Positions 8,784 to 20,022 of a stretch of 64,000 nucleotides of DNA are shown one piece after another. This DNA is from Phycisphaeraceae bacterium (GTDB lineage Bacteria; Planctomycetota; Phycisphaerae; Phycisphaerales; Phycisphaeraceae). Within the stretch, counting starts at the first letter, position 1. The number at the start of each line of letters is the position of its first letter. The notes under the pieces are model-generated. The model was not told the DNA's origin. It was given only the letters and a program-made list of their open reading frames with translations, and did not search any database. A program made the position numbers and the translations under genes. The stretch covers positions 707 to 64,706 of the forward strand of contig JBGTLW010000341.1 in the NCBI GenBank assembly GCA_041743835.1, read 5' to 3'.

Positions 8784-10844
8784 ATGAATCGTAGCCTATT
8801 TACCGTGATGCTTGGCCTGTGCCTGATGCTGCTTGTCATACCTGTGACGGCGGATGACACCCCCGCCAAGCCCGCTTGGGACTGCCTGCCGGCGAACACC
8901 GTCGCGGCGATGCGCATCCCTCATGGCAAGGCCTTCGCCGACGCGCTTAAGGCGCGCACCCAGCTCGGTGCGGTGATGTTCTCCGACGAGCGCATGACCC
9001 GCTTCCTCGACGCGATGAAAGCGTCGGCGGGAGAAGAGTGGGACACGATGGTCAAGGAGCTCGAGCGTTACGATCTAGCCACGGACGACCTGCCCAAGCT
9101 GTTCGAGGGCCCAATGGGTGGCGCGGTGGTGATGGTGACTCGGAAGGACCCGAAGCTGGCCGACGAGCCGATGTTCGTCGCGCTGGCGTGGGCAGAACCG
9201 GGTGTGGACCTTGCGACGCGCGGGCACGCCGCCTTCCTTCAGGTGATCGAGGACCAGATGAAGGAGCAAGACAACCCCGGCAACATGACCCGCGTGGACA
9301 TGAAGCTCGCGGGCCACGACGTGTCTCTCATCAGCTCGACGGAACAGGGCATGGATTATGAAGCCCAATGGGAGTTCCCCGAGAACTTCGAGGCGATGAC
9401 CGAGGAGCAGATGGAAGCGCACTGGGAAGCGATCAACAAGAAAATGGAAGAGGCCAAGCTCGTGGACCTGGACAAGGGCCACACCTTCATCACGCGCATG
9501 GGTGGCCGACTCGTGATCGCGGCCACGATGCCACAATCCGGCGGGGTGGTGCGCGAGCACCTGCAAGCGAACCCCGACCAGCCCGTGCCCTGGGACGCCC
9601 TCACCGGTGTCGAGGAACTGACCGAGGTCTTTGCCCGCTTCCTCACCGCCCACGGCGAAAATGAGCCGGGCTTCGCGCAGAAAGTCGCGGCCACGCCGGG
9701 CATCGACGCAGCCATGGTGCCCGGCGATGTGGCGTTCGAGATGTACTTCGATGTGGACCCGGTGATGGACGCCCTGCAAAAGGCGGGCGCGGGTGATCCG
9801 GAATCGGAAACGGTGTTGAAAGTGGTCCGGGACATGGGTGTGACGCAAGGGCACGTGGGTGTTTACCGCATGACGCTGGATCAAGCGGTGATGCGCGGCG
9901 GGTTGTTCTTCGGGGTCAAGGGCCCGCGTGCCGGGCTGATGCAGTTGCTCGATCAGGAGCCGCTGGCCAGTGAGCCGCCGGCGTGGGTGTCCAGCGATGT
10001 CGAGGGTTACGCCCACATCGCGTTCGACCTGGAAAAGGCATACTCGACGATCAAGGCCTTTGCCTTGCAGACACAGCCCGAGCAGGCGCCCATGGCCTTC
10101 ATGCAGATCGAATCGACCGTCGAGAACTTCACCGGCGTTACGCTGCCCGATGCGCTCAAGGCTCTTGGGAATCGGCACACGATTGTCACCTACGAAACAC
10201 AGATGGTGGAGGTCGATCAGGTCGATTGGTCAGCCGAGCCGGACCCCGCGACCGGGGAGTGGCCCACGAAGAAAGTGACCGTGCCACAGGACCGCGTGGG
10301 GATGGTGTGGCAGCTCCGTGATGAGGCGGTGTTTGGCAGACTCATGCAGGCCCTGGGCAACTTTGCACCGAACACCGGGGGCATGGTCAAGCCCGTCGAG
10401 GAGCAGGGCTTCAAGGGCTTCCGCATGGACGCGGAGCAGGTCAATCAAGGCCTGATGATGGGCAGGGGTTACCTGGCCTATGGCATCGGCAGTGAAGTCA
10501 CCGAGAGGCTCATGGCCATGCTCCGCAACACCCCCGAGGAGCGCAACCGGCTTGCCAACAGCGAACGCTACAACGACGCGAAGACGCTGGTGGACCTGCG
10601 GCCCGGGGTCTTGTTCCAGATCGAAGACGCGGGGCAGACCATCAGCTCGGGCTTGAATCTCTTCCTCAAGGCCGCCGAGATGACGGGGAGCGAGCAAGAA
10701 GAGGAGATGATGAAAGCCATGGTGGACCTGCTCCCCACACCCGAAGAGATCAAGGACATGGTGTCCACCAGCGTCGGCCTGCTTTACGTGACCGAAAACG
10801 GGCTCCACGGCGTCAATGCCGTGCGGCTGGCGCCCGCGAAATAA
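8784..10844 (+). CDS. Secreted protein of unknown function (686 aa)
   Basis: ATG start with GGAG 7 nt upstream and a signal peptide (LFTVMLGLCLMLLVIPVTADD). The composition is protein-like and acidic throughout. I recognise no motif. It is followed by an intrinsic terminator. Confidence 0.6.
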   Translation: MNRSLFTVMLGLCLMLLVIPVTADDTPAKPAWDCLPANTVAAMRIPHGKAFADALKARTQLGAVMFSDERMTRFLDAMKASAGEEWDTMVKELERYDLATDDLPKLFEGPMGGAVVMVTRKDPKLADEPMFVALAWAEPGVDLATRGHAAFLQVIEDQMKEQDNPGNMTRVDMKLAGHDVSLISSTEQGMDYEAQWEFPENFEAMTEEQMEAHWEAINKKMEEAKLVDLDKGHTFITRMGGRLVIAATMPQSGGVVREHLQANPDQPVPWDALTGVEELTEVFARFLTAHGENEPGFAQKVAATPGIDAAMVPGDVAFEMYFDVDPVMDALQKAGAGDPESETVLKVVRDMGVTQGHVGVYRMTLDQAVMRGGLFFGVKGPRAGLMQLLDQEPLASEPPAWVSSDVEGYAHIAFDLEKAYSTIKAFALQTQPEQAPMAFMQIESTVENFTGVTLPDALKALGNRHTIVTYETQMVEVDQVDWSAEPDPATGEWPTKKVTVPQDRVGMVWQLRDEAVFGRLMQALGNFAPNTGGMVKPVEEQGFKGFRMDAEQVNQGLMMGRGYLAYGIGSEVTERLMAMLRNTPEERNRLANSERYNDAKTLVDLRPGVLFQIEDAGQTISSGLNLFLKAAEMTGSEQEEEMMKAMVDLLPTPEEIKDMVSTSVGLLYVTENGLHGVNAVRLAPAK

Positions 10845-10874
10845 CTTGCACCGACCCGTTGTTAAGATCGCATG

Positions 10875-10905
10875 GCGTGCGGGCCTCGGCTCGCACGCTT
10901 TTTTT
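10875..10905 (+). terminator. Rho-independent terminator (7-bp GC stem GCGTGCG/CGCACGC followed by T7)
   Basis: The sequence reads gcgtgcg-ggcctcggct-cgcacgc-ttttttt, directly after the 686-aa gene and 5 nt before ATG 10910. Confidence 0.6.
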
Positions 10906-10909
10906 CTTG

Positions 10910-11655
10910 ATGCACACCGACCTCATCATCCCGGCACGCAACGAGGCGGAGAACATCCCCGCGCTGTTCGCCGCGCTCGATGCCCTTGAACCCGGCACGA
11001 TCAGGCACGTCATCCTCTGCGACAACGGCTCGCGCGATGACACCGCTGCCCTCGCCCGGCAGCGCGGCGCGGTGGTGGTCCACGAGCCACGCCCCGGTTA
11101 CGGCGGGGCCTGCCTCGCGGGGCTTCGCTACCTCGCGACGCTGGACAGCCCCCCTGCCGCGGTCGCGTTTCTTGATGCAGACCTGGCCGACGACCCCGCG
11201 CACCTGCCCCGCCTGGTCCAGCCGATCCTGACTCAGAGCGCGGACCTGGTGCTCGGCTCACGCCGCCGCCTCGCCCAGCCCGGCGCGCTGGACCCGCACC
11301 AGCGCTTCGGCAACGCGCTGGCGTGCCTGCTGCTGCGGCTCGCCACGGGGAGGCGATACAGCGACCTTGGGCCGATGCGCGTCGTCTCGTGGGAAGCTTT
11401 GCGACGGCTGGCGATGAGCGACACGACGTGGGGGTGGACCGTGGAGATGCAGTTCAAGGCCGCGAAACTGGGGCTGCGCGTGATGGAGTTGGATGTGCCC
11501 TACCGCGAGCGGCACGCGGGGCGCAGCAAGATTTCAGGATCACTGGTCGGCTCGTGGAAAGCCGGCACAAAAATCATCAGCACGATCGCCCAGCTCACCT
11601 GGCAGCACCGGGGGGGGGTTGCAGCACCCGACGCACACCCACACACGCCGGGCAA

Positions 11656-11659
<4 letters not shown>
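10910..11659 (+). CDS. Family 2 glycosyltransferase (dolichyl/polyprenyl-phosphate sugar transferase-like)
   Basis: The track start at 10859 is a TTG lying inside the terminator, so ATG 10910 is preferred. The protein reads [43 protein letters not shown] (a DxD-type motif). Confidence 0.8.
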
Positions 11660-13176
<1,517 letters not shown>

Positions 13177-13227
13177 GAGTTAGGTTGGATTGTAAGCGGG
13201 ACGAAAAGCCCGTGGGCCGCGTCTGGC

Positions 13228-14514
13228 TTACTCGGGGTGGGACTCGGTGGCGACGCGCTCGAGGTTCTCGACCCGCACACGCGTCACCTTCGTGCGTTCT
13301 GCCTCGGTCACCGTGAAGATAAGGCCCTCGAACTCAAACGACTCCCCCACTTCGGGGATGTGGCCAAGCCGGCTGAAGACGAACCCGCCGATGGTGTCGT
13401 AGTCCTCGTCCTCCGGGAGTTCGAGGTCAAGCTCATCGTTGAAGGTGTCGATCTCGACGCGGGCATCGACCTCCGCAGTGGTGACATCGATGCGGGATAT
13501 CTCGGGGGGGGCATCTTCCTCGCCCTCGTATTCGTCCTGGATTTCGCCGACGATCTCTTCGAGGATGTCTTCGATGGTGATCAGCCCGGCCGTGCCGCCG
13601 TACTCATCGAGCACGATGGCGATGTGGACCTTCTGCGCCTTGAACTCGGCGAGCAAGTCCGAAACCGGCTTGGACTCGGGGACCATGAACGGCTCGCGGA
13701 GGATGCTCTTGAGGTCAAACGTGTTGCCATCCCCGACGAACGTGATGAGGTCGCGGGCGTAGAGCATGCCCACGATGTTGTCCAGGCTCTCACGGTACAC
13801 CGGCACACGCGAGTGCCCGGCTTCGAGGATCGCGTCGCGGACCTGCATGAGCGTCGAGCTGACCTCCAGCCCTTCGATGTCCGTGCGCGGGGTCATGATC
13901 TCGGCGGCGGTGGTCCGGGGCAGGTCGAACACCGCTTCGAGCATGTCCTTCTGCGTGTCGTCCACGGTGTCGGACTGATGGTGGTCTTCCACGACACTGA
14001 GCACGTCGTCGGTGATCTTGTCCTCATCGTCATCGTCGAGCAGGTCCACGCCGGACATCCTGCGGACGATCGGATCGACCACCTGCATCAGGACCGCCAC
14101 GGGGAAGAACACGTAGCGGGCGATCATCAGGATCGGCAGGGACCAGGCGAGCAGGCGTTCCCGCCGATAGGCCGCCCAACTTGTGGGGATCGCGATGATG
14201 AACAGCCCCAGCACAACACCCGACAGCACAAACGCCAGCGCAAAGACCTTGAAGTCGTCGGCCAAGTCGGGGAAGCGAGTTTGCAGGTGGTGGACGATCG
14301 CCAGCACCACAATCACACTCATGCACGAGCGGATGAAGCCGGACACCATCAGGAGGTGACCCATCCGCTCCACCGCACGCTCGACCTGCTCGGCCCGGCC
14401 CTTCTCCGCAAGGAGGTCCGCCAGCCGTTTGCGCGAGAACGTCTTCAGCGCCACGTGACACGCGGCGAAGTAACAACCCAGCAGCGCGGCTGCCGCGGCT
14501 ATCCACAGGTCCAT
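13228..14514 (-). CDS. Hemolysin-family / CNNM (DUF21)-CBS-CorC_HlyC membrane protein
   Basis: The N-terminus has TM helices, followed by a CBS pair (IMTPRTDI..VPVYRESLDNIVGMLYARDL..HIAIVLDEYGGTAGLITIEDILEEIVGEI) and a C-terminal transporter-associated domain. The start is either ATG 14514 or GTG 14520 (which overlaps the ybeY stop). Confidence 0.9.
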   Translation of the reverse strand: MDLWIAAAAALLGCYFAACHVALKTFSRKRLADLLAEKGRAEQVERAVERMGHLLMVSGFIRSCMSVIVVLAIVHHLQTRFPDLADDFKVFALAFVLSGVVLGLFIIAIPTSWAAYRRERLLAWSLPILMIARYVFFPVAVLMQVVDPIVRRMSGVDLLDDDDEDKITDDVLSVVEDHHQSDTVDDTQKDMLEAVFDLPRTTAAEIMTPRTDIEGLEVSSTLMQVRDAILEAGHSRVPVYRESLDNIVGMLYARDLITFVGDGNTFDLKSILREPFMVPESKPVSDLLAEFKAQKVHIAIVLDEYGGTAGLITIEDILEEIVGEIQDEYEGEEDAPPEISRIDVTTAEVDARVEIDTFNDELDLELPEDEDYDTIGGFVFSRLGHIPEVGESFEFEGLIFTVTEAERTKVTRVRVENLERVATESHPE

Positions 14515-14516
14515 GG

Positions 14517-15179
14517 TCACGGAAGCCCCCCCCCGCTGCCGGGCGCCTTCCCCGCATCAGCCTCGGCCCCGCGCTCAAACAGCCGACCCAAGCCCATCGC
14601 TTCAAGCAGGTCGTCTTCGCGTTTGTGCATCTGACGGTAGGCCGCGTCGTCGTGGTCATCTTCGCCGAGCAGGTGCATCAGCCCGTGTACCACGTAGAGC
14701 AGCAATTCTTCGCGGATAGCGTGCCCACGCAACCGCGCCTGCCGGGTGGCCTCGTCGAGGCATACCACGATGTCACCCTCGATCGGCTGGCTTGGATCAT
14801 CCCGCAGGTCGAACGTGAGCACATCCGTGGTGGTGTCGAGTTGGTGGTATTGCTGATGCAGTTGGATCATGGCCGGGTCATCGACCACCACCACGGTGAT
14901 AGGCGCGCCGGACTGATCCAGTTGGTCCAAGGCCTTGGCCAAGTGGTCGGCGATCCAGACATCAAGGCCCGGCTCCGCGGCGTCCGTCTCCAAGATCACC
15001 ACGGTGCCATCGTCTTCGCCACGAGGCTCGGGGGGTGTCGGGGCCTGCACGCGCGCAGGATGAGGGGACGGGTCATCATCGCCCGCAGGTGTGGCGCTGG
15101 CTGCGGAACTTACCCCGGAACTCACCCCGGAAGGGGTACTCGGGCCAGCGTCGGGATCGGTTGTCGTAGTCGCGTTCAA
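14517..15179 (-). CDS. ybeY: rRNA maturation RNase YbeY (with long low-complexity N-terminal extension; start uncertain)
   Basis: The C-terminus has the zinc motif HGLMHLLGEDDHDD plus TDVLTFDL. The track start at 15179 is a TTG. The first 65 aa or so are S/T/P/A-rich. Confidence 0.8.
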   Translation of the reverse strand: MNATTTTDPDAGPSTPSGVSSGVSSAASATPAGDDDPSPHPARVQAPTPPEPRGEDDGTVVILETDAAEPGLDVWIADHLAKALDQLDQSGAPITVVVVDDPAMIQLHQQYHQLDTTTDVLTFDLRDDPSQPIEGDIVVCLDEATRQARLRGHAIREELLLYVVHGLMHLLGEDDHDDAAYRQMHKREDDLLEAMGLGRLFERGAEADAGKAPGSGGGLP

Positions 15180-15326
15180 CCCAAGGGTCTCAGCAAAGGG
15201 AAATCAGATCGGGGAGTATAGCCAATTGCCCCAGCCATTGCTATGGGTCGCTTCATTAGAACCAACCCCTCATCATAAGACAAAGTTTACCCATATAACC
15301 CGTGGGCGATCCACAGGCGGTGATCG

Positions 15327-15797
15327 TCACTTGACTGCGGGCAGGCAGCAATCGCGGGCTTTGACCAGGTGCACGCAATTGCCCGTGTCGTTGAAGGTGA
15401 CCTCGGTCATGTACGCCCGCATCAGCATGACGCCCCGGCCGTGGGGTCGGCTGAGGTTGTCTTCGTGCGTGGGGTCGCACAGGTCGTCGGGCTTGAAGCC
15501 GGGGCCCTGGTCGCAGATGGTGATGTCCACGCGCTGCGGGGTGACCGAGTAATCCACGGTCACGGTTTTCTTCTCATCGAGCTTGTTGCCGTGCTTCACC
15601 GCGTTGGCCAGCGCCTCGTCGAGCGCGAGACGGATGGCAAAGAGTGCCTGAGAGTTAAAGCCCGCGGCCTCGGCCTCGGCGAGAATCTGACGCTGCACCG
15701 GGAGCATCTGGTCGAGTTGGCTGGGTATCACCAGATGTTTGGTAGGTGAGTCGCCCATGCTGTAACCGCCGTTGGTCCGCCTCTGTGGCCCGTGCAT
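15327..15797 (-). CDS. Anti-sigma regulatory factor, Ser/Thr protein kinase (RsbW/SpoIIAB-like HATPase)
   Basis: It has ALDEALANAVKHGN (N-box) and ICDQGPGF..HGRGVMLM (G-boxes). ATG 15797 overlaps the upstream TAA (TAATG). ATG 15758 (MGDSPTK) is an alternative start. Confidence 0.75.
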   Translation of the reverse strand: MHGPQRRTNGGYSMGDSPTKHLVIPSQLDQMLPVQRQILAEAEAAGFNSQALFAIRLALDEALANAVKHGNKLDEKKTVTVDYSVTPQRVDITICDQGPGFKPDDLCDPTHEDNLSRPHGRGVMLMRAYMTEVTFNDTGNCVHLVKARDCCLPAVK

Positions 15798-16156
15798 TAC
15801 TTGAAGCTGGCCAGCGCCTTCTCGGCGGTGTCGTGGATCTGGAACAGCTTGTTGAGCTTGGTGATGACAAAGACCTCGTAGATCTGCGGGTCGATGTTCG
15901 CGAGGCGTAGCTGCCCGCCCTTGTGCTTGACGCGGTTGTTGATGGTGATAAGGATGCCCAGGGCCGCAGATGACAGGTGCTCGACCTTCGCGAAGTTGAT
16001 GAGCAACTTGGGTGTGGTCTGGGCATCGATCAGCGCGCCGATCTGGTCGCCGATCTGCTGGATCGTGGTTTCATCGAGGATGTTACGGTCCAGGAACTGG
16101 ACTCGTGTGACGCCGCCGTCCTCGGTGACTACTAAGCGGGATTCTTGCGATGACAT
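15797..16156 (-). CDS. STAS-domain anti-sigma factor antagonist (RsbV/SpoIIAA-like)
   Basis: 119 aa. VEHLSSAALGILI contains the conserved phosphorylatable Ser context. The size and pattern are typical of the STAS domain. Confidence 0.85.
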   Translation of the reverse strand: MSSQESRLVVTEDGGVTRVQFLDRNILDETTIQQIGDQIGALIDAQTTPKLLINFAKVEHLSSAALGILITINNRVKHKGGQLRLANIDPQIYEVFVITKLNKLFQIHDTAEKALASFK

Positions 16157-16292
16157 CAGGCGATTCTCCAGTTACCGCAACGCGGGGTGGTTAGAACGTA
16201 AGTCGTGACCCATACGGTGTCAAGGCCCAGGCACGTGGGACACGCTGCCCGTGCCACAGGATACACTGATGGCCCCCTTGATGGAGCATCGT

Positions 16293-17777
16293 ATGAAAGC
16301 TGTCATTGTCATGTTTGATTCGCTCAACCGCCACATGCTGCCCCCCTACGGCTGTGAGTGGGTCCACGCACCGAACTTTCAGCGGCTGGCGAAGCGGGCG
16401 GTGACGTTTGACCGGTCGTACATCTGCTCGATGCCCTGCATGCCCGCGCGGCGGGACTTCCACACCGGGCGGCCCAACTTCCTGCACCGGGCCTGGGGGC
16501 CGATCGAGCCGTTCGACGACTCCATGCCCCAAATGCTCAAGCGAAACGGCATCCACACCCACCTGGCCACGGACCACCAGCACTACTGGGAGGACGGCGG
16601 CGCAACCTATCACCAGCGCTATTCCACCTTCGACTTCATCCGCGGGCAGGAGGGCGACAAATGGCACGGCCTGGTGGGAGGCGCGTCAACCGATGGCTAT
16701 CAGGGGCGCAATGCAGGGGGCAGAAACACCGACGAGATCACATGGCAGGACCGCGTCAACCGCAAGTACATGCCCCACGAGGAGGACCTGCCCCAGCCAC
16801 GCACCTTCAAGGCTGGCCTAAAGTTCATCCATGACAACCACGCGGCCGACAACTGGCTCCTGCAACTGGAAACCTTCGACCCCCACGAGCCTTTCCAGTC
16901 GGACCGCAAATACAAGGACCGGTACCCCGAGCACTACGCGGACTACACCGGCCCCGTCGAGGATTGGCCGCCCTACACCAAAGTGACCGAGCCCCCCGAG
17001 CGTGTGGAGCACATGCGCTACGAAAACGCCTCACTCATCACCGCGTGTGACAAGCACCTTGGCGATGTCCTCGATGCCTTCGACACCTACAACCTGTGGG
17101 AAGACACGATGCTGGTCGCGTGGACCGACCACGGCTTTCTGCTCGGTGAGCACGAGTGCTGGGCGAAGATCTGGATGCCCTTCTACCAGGAGATCGCCAA
17201 CACCCCCTTCTTCATCTGGGACCCACGCACCGGCCAGGCCGACCAACGACGCGGTGCGCTGGTCCAGCCATCGATCGACCTGCCGGTGACGCTGCTGAAC
17301 TACTTCGGCGTCGAACCCACCGCCGACATGCTCGGCCACGACCTGTCCCCGGCCATCGCGAGCGACACACCCGTGCGCGAGGCGGCGATCTTTGGCCTCT
17401 TCGGTGCACACGTCAACGTCACCGATGGCCGCTATGTGTACATGCGTGGCTCGGTCCCCAGCAACGAGCCGTTGTTTGAATACACATTGATGCCCACCCG
17501 CATGAAAGCCCCCTTCACGCCGGAGGAGATGCATCGGCTCCAGGGGCTCGCAGAACCTTTCACCTTCACCAAGGGCTGCAAGACGATGAAGATCGGCGGC
17601 GGTGCGTGGCGGACGTTTACCGATAACTTGCTCTACGACATCGAGGCCGACCCGACGCAGCAGACCCCGCTGGCCGACCCCGCGATCGAGGCCCGCATGA
17701 TCGATCACATGACGCGCCTGATGAAAGCCTGCGACGCCCCAGCAGAGCAGTACGAGCGCCTAGCACTGCTCAGCTAA
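16293..17777 (+). CDS. Sulfatase (formylglycine-dependent)
   Basis: VIVMFDSLNRHML..SMPCMPARRDFHTGR contains the C-x-P-x-R formylglycine motif. The track start at 16251 is a GTG. ATG 16293 has GGAG 6 nt upstream. Confidence 0.85.
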   Translation: MKAVIVMFDSLNRHMLPPYGCEWVHAPNFQRLAKRAVTFDRSYICSMPCMPARRDFHTGRPNFLHRAWGPIEPFDDSMPQMLKRNGIHTHLATDHQHYWEDGGATYHQRYSTFDFIRGQEGDKWHGLVGGASTDGYQGRNAGGRNTDEITWQDRVNRKYMPHEEDLPQPRTFKAGLKFIHDNHAADNWLLQLETFDPHEPFQSDRKYKDRYPEHYADYTGPVEDWPPYTKVTEPPERVEHMRYENASLITACDKHLGDVLDAFDTYNLWEDTMLVAWTDHGFLLGEHECWAKIWMPFYQEIANTPFFIWDPRTGQADQRRGALVQPSIDLPVTLLNYFGVEPTADMLGHDLSPAIASDTPVREAAIFGLFGAHVNVTDGRYVYMRGSVPSNEPLFEYTLMPTRMKAPFTPEEMHRLQGLAEPFTFTKGCKTMKIGGGAWRTFTDNLLYDIEADPTQQTPLADPAIEARMIDHMTRLMKACDAPAEQYERLALLS

Positions 17778-17892
17778 CCATCGAGCACTGGCGCAATTTT
17801 CTTCACAATAGCCCGCAGACAACGTCCGCGCGGTCCTCGAAACCGGCCGCGCCCGCGTTGCGGGCGGGCTATCCGCTCACTTGCGCCAGTGC

Positions 17893-18672
17893 TTACAGCT
17901 TCTTCGGCCGGGCTTCCTCTTGCGCCGCCCACAGCGCAGCATATTTAAGCTGCGCGCTGACCAACGCCTTCTGCGCGATCAGTAGGCCAAAGACCCCATC
18001 CTTGATGCCACCTTTAAGCAAATAGAACTTAATGAACGCAAACGCAGGGCGGAAGACAAGGTCCGTCCACCGTGCCCGCTTCCCCCGCGCGAGCTCCGCC
18101 CGCGCGACCATAAGCAATCGTTCATCCATCCGCCGGCCTGAGAAGTAGTCACTGAACCCCTCATCGCTGACCCGCTTGTGAAGCAGTTGCCCACGCAACG
18201 GCCAGACACGCGACGGGTCCGAGGCTTCGCGGCGTTCATGCAGCGCTTCGGCCGGCCAAGTCACACGGTGACGATGGATCAAGCGGTCCTGTGTATCGGG
18301 CAGCCACGCGCGCACGGGCCGACCCATGACGTAGTTGAGCCGGGGCATCGTCATCACGTCTGCCGCGTCAAAAGCGCTATCGGGTAAGGCCCGAATCTCC
18401 TGCGCGAGCTCCTCTGTGATCTCCTCATCACCATCGAGCACGAAAACCCAGTCATGCGCAGCCAGCGACACGCCGAACTGCTTCTGCTTGTCGTAGCCGC
18501 GCCAAGGCTCCACGACGTATCGTTCGGTGAAACGCTTGGCGATCTGTGGGGTGGCGTCGGTGGAGCCGGAATCTACGACGATGAGTTCATCCGCCCAACG
18601 CGCCGATTCACAGGCCGCGGCCAGAGTCGCCTCGCTGTTCGCACAACAGATGACCACGGAAACAGGCGTCAC
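17893..18672 (-). CDS. Family 2 glycosyltransferase (LPS core-type, WaaE/KdtX-like)
   Basis: 259 aa with a GTG start. It reads VSVVICCANSEATL..LIVVDSGSTDATPQIA..VFVLDGDEE (DxD). Confidence 0.8.
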   Translation of the reverse strand: MTPVSVVICCANSEATLAAACESARWADELIVVDSGSTDATPQIAKRFTERYVVEPWRGYDKQKQFGVSLAAHDWVFVLDGDEEITEELAQEIRALPDSAFDAADVMTMPRLNYVMGRPVRAWLPDTQDRLIHRHRVTWPAEALHERREASDPSRVWPLRGQLLHKRVSDEGFSDYFSGRRMDERLLMVARAELARGKRARWTDLVFRPAFAFIKFYLLKGGIKDGVFGLLIAQKALVSAQLKYAALWAAQEEARPKKL

Positions 18673-18908
18673 GCACCAGCCCCCCGCTTAGCAGACACAG
18701 CCTCGGAGACTTCCGTGTCGCATGAGAACTTCTGGCAGTGGTTGTCGTGGGGTGTGCTCGGCGCCATGCGTGACCTCGATCCCGTGGGGTTGTGTGCCAG
18801 TCTAAAGCCTCCGCCCCAATCCTGCGACATGACGCGCCGCCCTTGGCCAGTGGTCTTGGCCGGTGGTACACTGAGGGGATACGTCCACCCCACCCCGGAG
18901 GCTCACCC

Positions 18909-19952
18909 ATGAGCGCCTCGTACAAAATCGCATTGGTCATCGCCGCGGCCCTGGTCGTGGTGGTGATCGTGTATTTCGCAACGCAGAACAATCCCACCAC
19001 CACCCCGGTCACCGAGGGCGAGGGCGCTGTCGCCGAGCGCACGCCCCCGGAGACAGGCACCCGGCCCACACTCCGCGACGACGCACGGGCAACGGCCAAT
19101 ACCACAGCCGACACCGGCAAAAGCGTTGCCACCGCCGACACCTCCACACCCACCGAGCCCACAGCCAACCTGGACCTGATGGAGCGCATCCGCCAGCAAC
19201 GCCGCGAGAGCGAGGGGCTTGCCGGCCCGGTAGCCACGAACGATACGCCGGTTGTAAACACCGATGGCACGCAGCCCGACACCGGCGCCAATGTCGATCT
19301 CCTCGAGCGCATCCGCCAGCAGCGTCTGGAAGCCGAGGCCCTGGCAGAGGCCCAGCGGGAAAGTGAGCCGGACACACTCGCAGGTGATGGCACCGCGACA
19401 AGCACAGATACGACGCCTGAGCCGGACCGTGGCACGCTCACCCCGGACATGAGCCCGGAAGTCAACCCGGACATTGCTCCAGACACCACCCCGGAACGAA
19501 CGCCGGATGTCGCCCCGGACACCACCATCACCCGCGACGACCGCACCACGGCCACGCTCGCGGCCACGCCGACGATCTACAAGGTCGAAGCGGGCGACAA
19601 CATGTTCAAGATCTCTGAGAAGGTTTTTGGTACCGATCGCTACTGGCAGGCCATCGCGCAGGAGAACCCGTTCGTCGATCCGACACGGCTGCGGGTTGGC
19701 CAAGAGCTGCGTCTCCCAGCCCGTGAGGACGTGGTGGAGCCCGAGCCTCAGGACGCTGTGCGTGCCCCCGCCAACACGGTGGTCCACACCGTCAAGCCGA
19801 CGGAAACCCTGTCCTCAATCGCCAGCCAGTACTATGGAAACAACGCCAATTGGCGATTGATCTACAACTACAACCGCGATGTGATCGGCACCAATCCCGA
19901 CCGCTTGAAGGTGGGCATGAAGCTGTCGATCCCCCCTGCCCTGCCCGAGTAA
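18909..19952 (+). CDS. Membrane-anchored protein with two C-terminal LysM domains
   Basis: ATG 18909 with GGAGG upstream. The protein starts MSASYKIALVIAAALVVVVIVYF (TM helix). It contains an internal duplicated NLDLMERIRQQRRE / NVDLLERIRQQRLE segment. The two LysM domains are YKVEAGDNMFKISEKVFG..LRVGQELRLP and HTVKPTETLSSIASQYYG..LKVGMKLSIP. Confidence 0.8.
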   Translation: MSASYKIALVIAAALVVVVIVYFATQNNPTTTPVTEGEGAVAERTPPETGTRPTLRDDARATANTTADTGKSVATADTSTPTEPTANLDLMERIRQQRRESEGLAGPVATNDTPVVNTDGTQPDTGANVDLLERIRQQRLEAEALAEAQRESEPDTLAGDGTATSTDTTPEPDRGTLTPDMSPEVNPDIAPDTTPERTPDVAPDTTITRDDRTTATLAATPTIYKVEAGDNMFKISEKVFGTDRYWQAIAQENPFVDPTRLRVGQELRLPAREDVVEPEPQDAVRAPANTVVHTVKPTETLSSIASQYYGNNANWRLIYNYNRDVIGTNPDRLKVGMKLSIPPALPE

Positions 19953-20022
19953 TCGTCCACCGCCCCGCTCACCCCACCCGCCGCGAACCGCTGGGTTTGC
20001 CGGGGGTTCTTAGGCTCACCCC

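Noticed and set aside
16293-17777. Sulfur-themed clustering (sulfotransferase, sulfatase, cysE, cysH, metF, cysS, larE) as one functional island
   Set aside because: The genes are scattered over 60 kb on different strands and are interleaved with unrelated housekeeping genes. Nothing suggests co-transcription or a shared regulator, so the pattern is probably coincidental.
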